A stretch of DNA of 22,890 bases, from positions 102,638-125,527 of the forward strand of contig BCKQ01000021.1 in assembly GCA_001600695.1 (NCBI GenBank), in the 5' to 3' direction. A model generated the notes under the pieces. It was not told the DNA's origin. It was given only the letters and a program-made list of their open reading frames with translations, and did not search any database. The stretch comes from Ascoidea asiatica JCM 7603. Its lineage: Eukaryota; Fungi; Ascomycota. Numbering within the stretch: position 1 is the first letter of the stretch; the number at the start of each line of letters is the position of its first letter. This document shows, one piece after another, positions 21,338 to 22,890 of this stretch. The position numbers and the translations under genes are program-made.

Positions 21338-21569
21338 TTCATTTTCTAAATAATCTTTTTTCAATTCTTGTACTTTATATATACTTTCTTCCTTCCTTTA
21401 CTTATATATCTTATTCTATTTAACAAAAAATTGTTTTAAAAATTGTTCAAAAAAAATAATTTATATATAGAATATAAAATTTATTCTAATAAAAAATTTA
21501 TGCTTATTTTATATTTTTTTCAAATAAGTAATTTAAAACATTGATTATAATAGAAATTCGTACTAAAAG

Positions 21570-22117
21570 TTATTGAATTTCATTAAATTCTTTGTTTTTC
21601 TTATTAACTATTATGATTAATTAAAATATCAGAATGGTTAGTAATTTGTTAATTGGTATAGTGAAGAGAGTAACATAATATATTTTATAAAATATTTCAA
21701 ATACATACTATAAACCGAGTTGGTTTCACTCTTTTTCTGCTTCGCCTTGACTTTTTTAATTGAATCTATAGAATCGATATCCAATGTTGGATTATTGTCA
21801 TTACTATCATTTGAATTATTTCTATTATTTATTTTATTATACCAATTTTCATTATCTTGAATTGAATAATTCCAAATTTCTTTTCTTTCTAATTTCTTTT
21901 TCTCACTTTCAGTTAAATTTAGTTTAAGTAATTCAATCTCTGCTTTTTCACATATTATATTTTCTTTCAATTGATTTGAATTATAATTTTTTTTATTATC
22001 TTTTAATATTTTATTTCTTTTATATTCATTGATCAATTGTTTTTTATTCAATTCAATTGATTGTTTTTTCTTTAACTTAAGTTCTTTTAACTTATTTAAT
22101 TTCTCTCTTGCTGACAT
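21570..22117 (-). CDS. SYF2: NTC-associated splicing factor Syf2, two exons (22117-21709, 21607-21570), 148 aa
   Basis: Motifs EKLNKLKELKLK...ELNKKQL and LERKEIWNYSIQDNENW. After splicing the C-terminus reads VYINKKNKEFNEIQ*, matching the Syf2 YINxKNKxFNxKL motif. First ATG is 22117. Confidence 0.88.
21608..21708 (-). other. Spliceosomal intron, 101 nt, phase 1 (SYF2)
   Basis: GTATGT donor at 21708, perfect TACTAAC at 21643-21637, and first downstream AG is TAG at 21610-21608. Removal restores the conserved motif. Confidence 0.93.
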
Positions 22118-22575
22118 TTTGAATTCATGGAAAATATTATTGATCTCGATATAGTGAATTTCTATGAAATAATGGATAGTTGATATAAATACAAACAATA
22201 ATTATTACTTCAACTCAGAATAAAATAGAAATCGAATTTATTTATTTATTTATTTCACCGGGGTGCCCGTGGCAAGGAAGATGCAACGGATAATATTTGA
22301 TTCAAACACTCACGTGCTGCTTCTGGCGATAAGCGCAGAGATGACTTTCAGTGAGTTGGAAGATGGATTTGGTGATTGAAGAAGAAAGAAGCAACACTTG
22401 AAGGAGTAAGTGAGTGAGGAATAGAAGAAGAGAAGAAGAGATGATGGAATAGATATATTTGTTTGTTTGTTTATCCCTTTGATATCCATTGACATTCTGA
22501 CCTATTAATGGTAATACATTCACTTATTACTCATATCATAGACAATAGCATAGACATAGCAAATATATTTCAAAA

Positions 22576-22890
22576 ATGGCAGATTTAAGTAGTCAGTTTG
22601 CAGCTTTTCAAAAGAAGATGAGAAATGCAGGCTCATCTCAATTGAAAAGAACTAATTCAGAGTTGAATAAGTCAAATACTGGTCATGCCACTGGGGTTGG
22701 AAGTGGAAGTGGAAATGGGAGTGGAAATGGATCAATAAATAGCTATCCTTCTTCGCCTTCTATCAGTTCTCTTTCAGGAACTAGTGGTGGATTTTCACCA
22801 TATAAAAGATCTAAATTAAGTGGGAGTTCCAGTCTCAGAGATATGATAAAACAAGATAGTTTATCGAATTTAAATTTATCAGGAGGAATT
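22576..22890 (+). CDS. TFA2: Probable TFIIE small (beta) subunit, 5' part; runs off the window
   Basis: AAAAATG context and 105 open codons to the window end. MADLSSQFAAFQKKMRNA resembles recalled yeast Tfa2 N-termini (MxDLSAQLSAFKNKIKS). The winged-helix core is not in the window. Confidence 0.65.
   Translation, partial: MADLSSQFAAFQKKMRNAGSSQLKRTNSELNKSNTGHATGVGSGSGNGSGNGSINSYPSSPSISSLSGTSGGFSPYKRSKLSGSSSLRDMIKQDSLSNLNLSGGI

Noticed and set aside
9241-22117. Two spliceosome genes (CWF18, SYF2) in one window as a functional cluster
   Set aside because: They are about 12 kb apart with unrelated genes between and no shared regulatory motif seen.

Overview
Gene-dense, very AT-rich eukaryotic DNA from a budding yeast (Saccharomycotina). 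Support: GTATGT/GTAAGT...WACTAAC...AG introns, Asn-rich low-complexity proteins, and a complex I 51-kDa subunit, which excludes S. cerevisiae. Eleven protein genes are supported: ACL4 (3' part), SLS1, a TMEM115/YOL107W-like protein, NDUFV1/NUO51, GDT1, CWF18/CCDC12, SPC19 (one intron, missed by the ORF track), a YMR206W/YNR014W-family protein, CAJ1, a secreted expansin/RlpA-like DPBB protein and SYF2 (3'-terminal intron, missed by the ORF track). A probable TFA2 5' end is a twelfth. I recognised no rRNA, tRNA, transposase or CRISPR. The best-supported oddity is the intron that splits the conserved C-terminal motif of the splicing factor Syf2. The least explained DNA is the 3.2-kb gap at 13820-17063. 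It holds a GC-rich hairpin-forming island flanked by a 13-bp direct repeat, dense motif clusters and orphan splice signals, and could be a large promoter or an unannotated ncRNA. All family calls come from recalled motif similarity, not database searches, and I cannot claim a novel system from the sequence alone.
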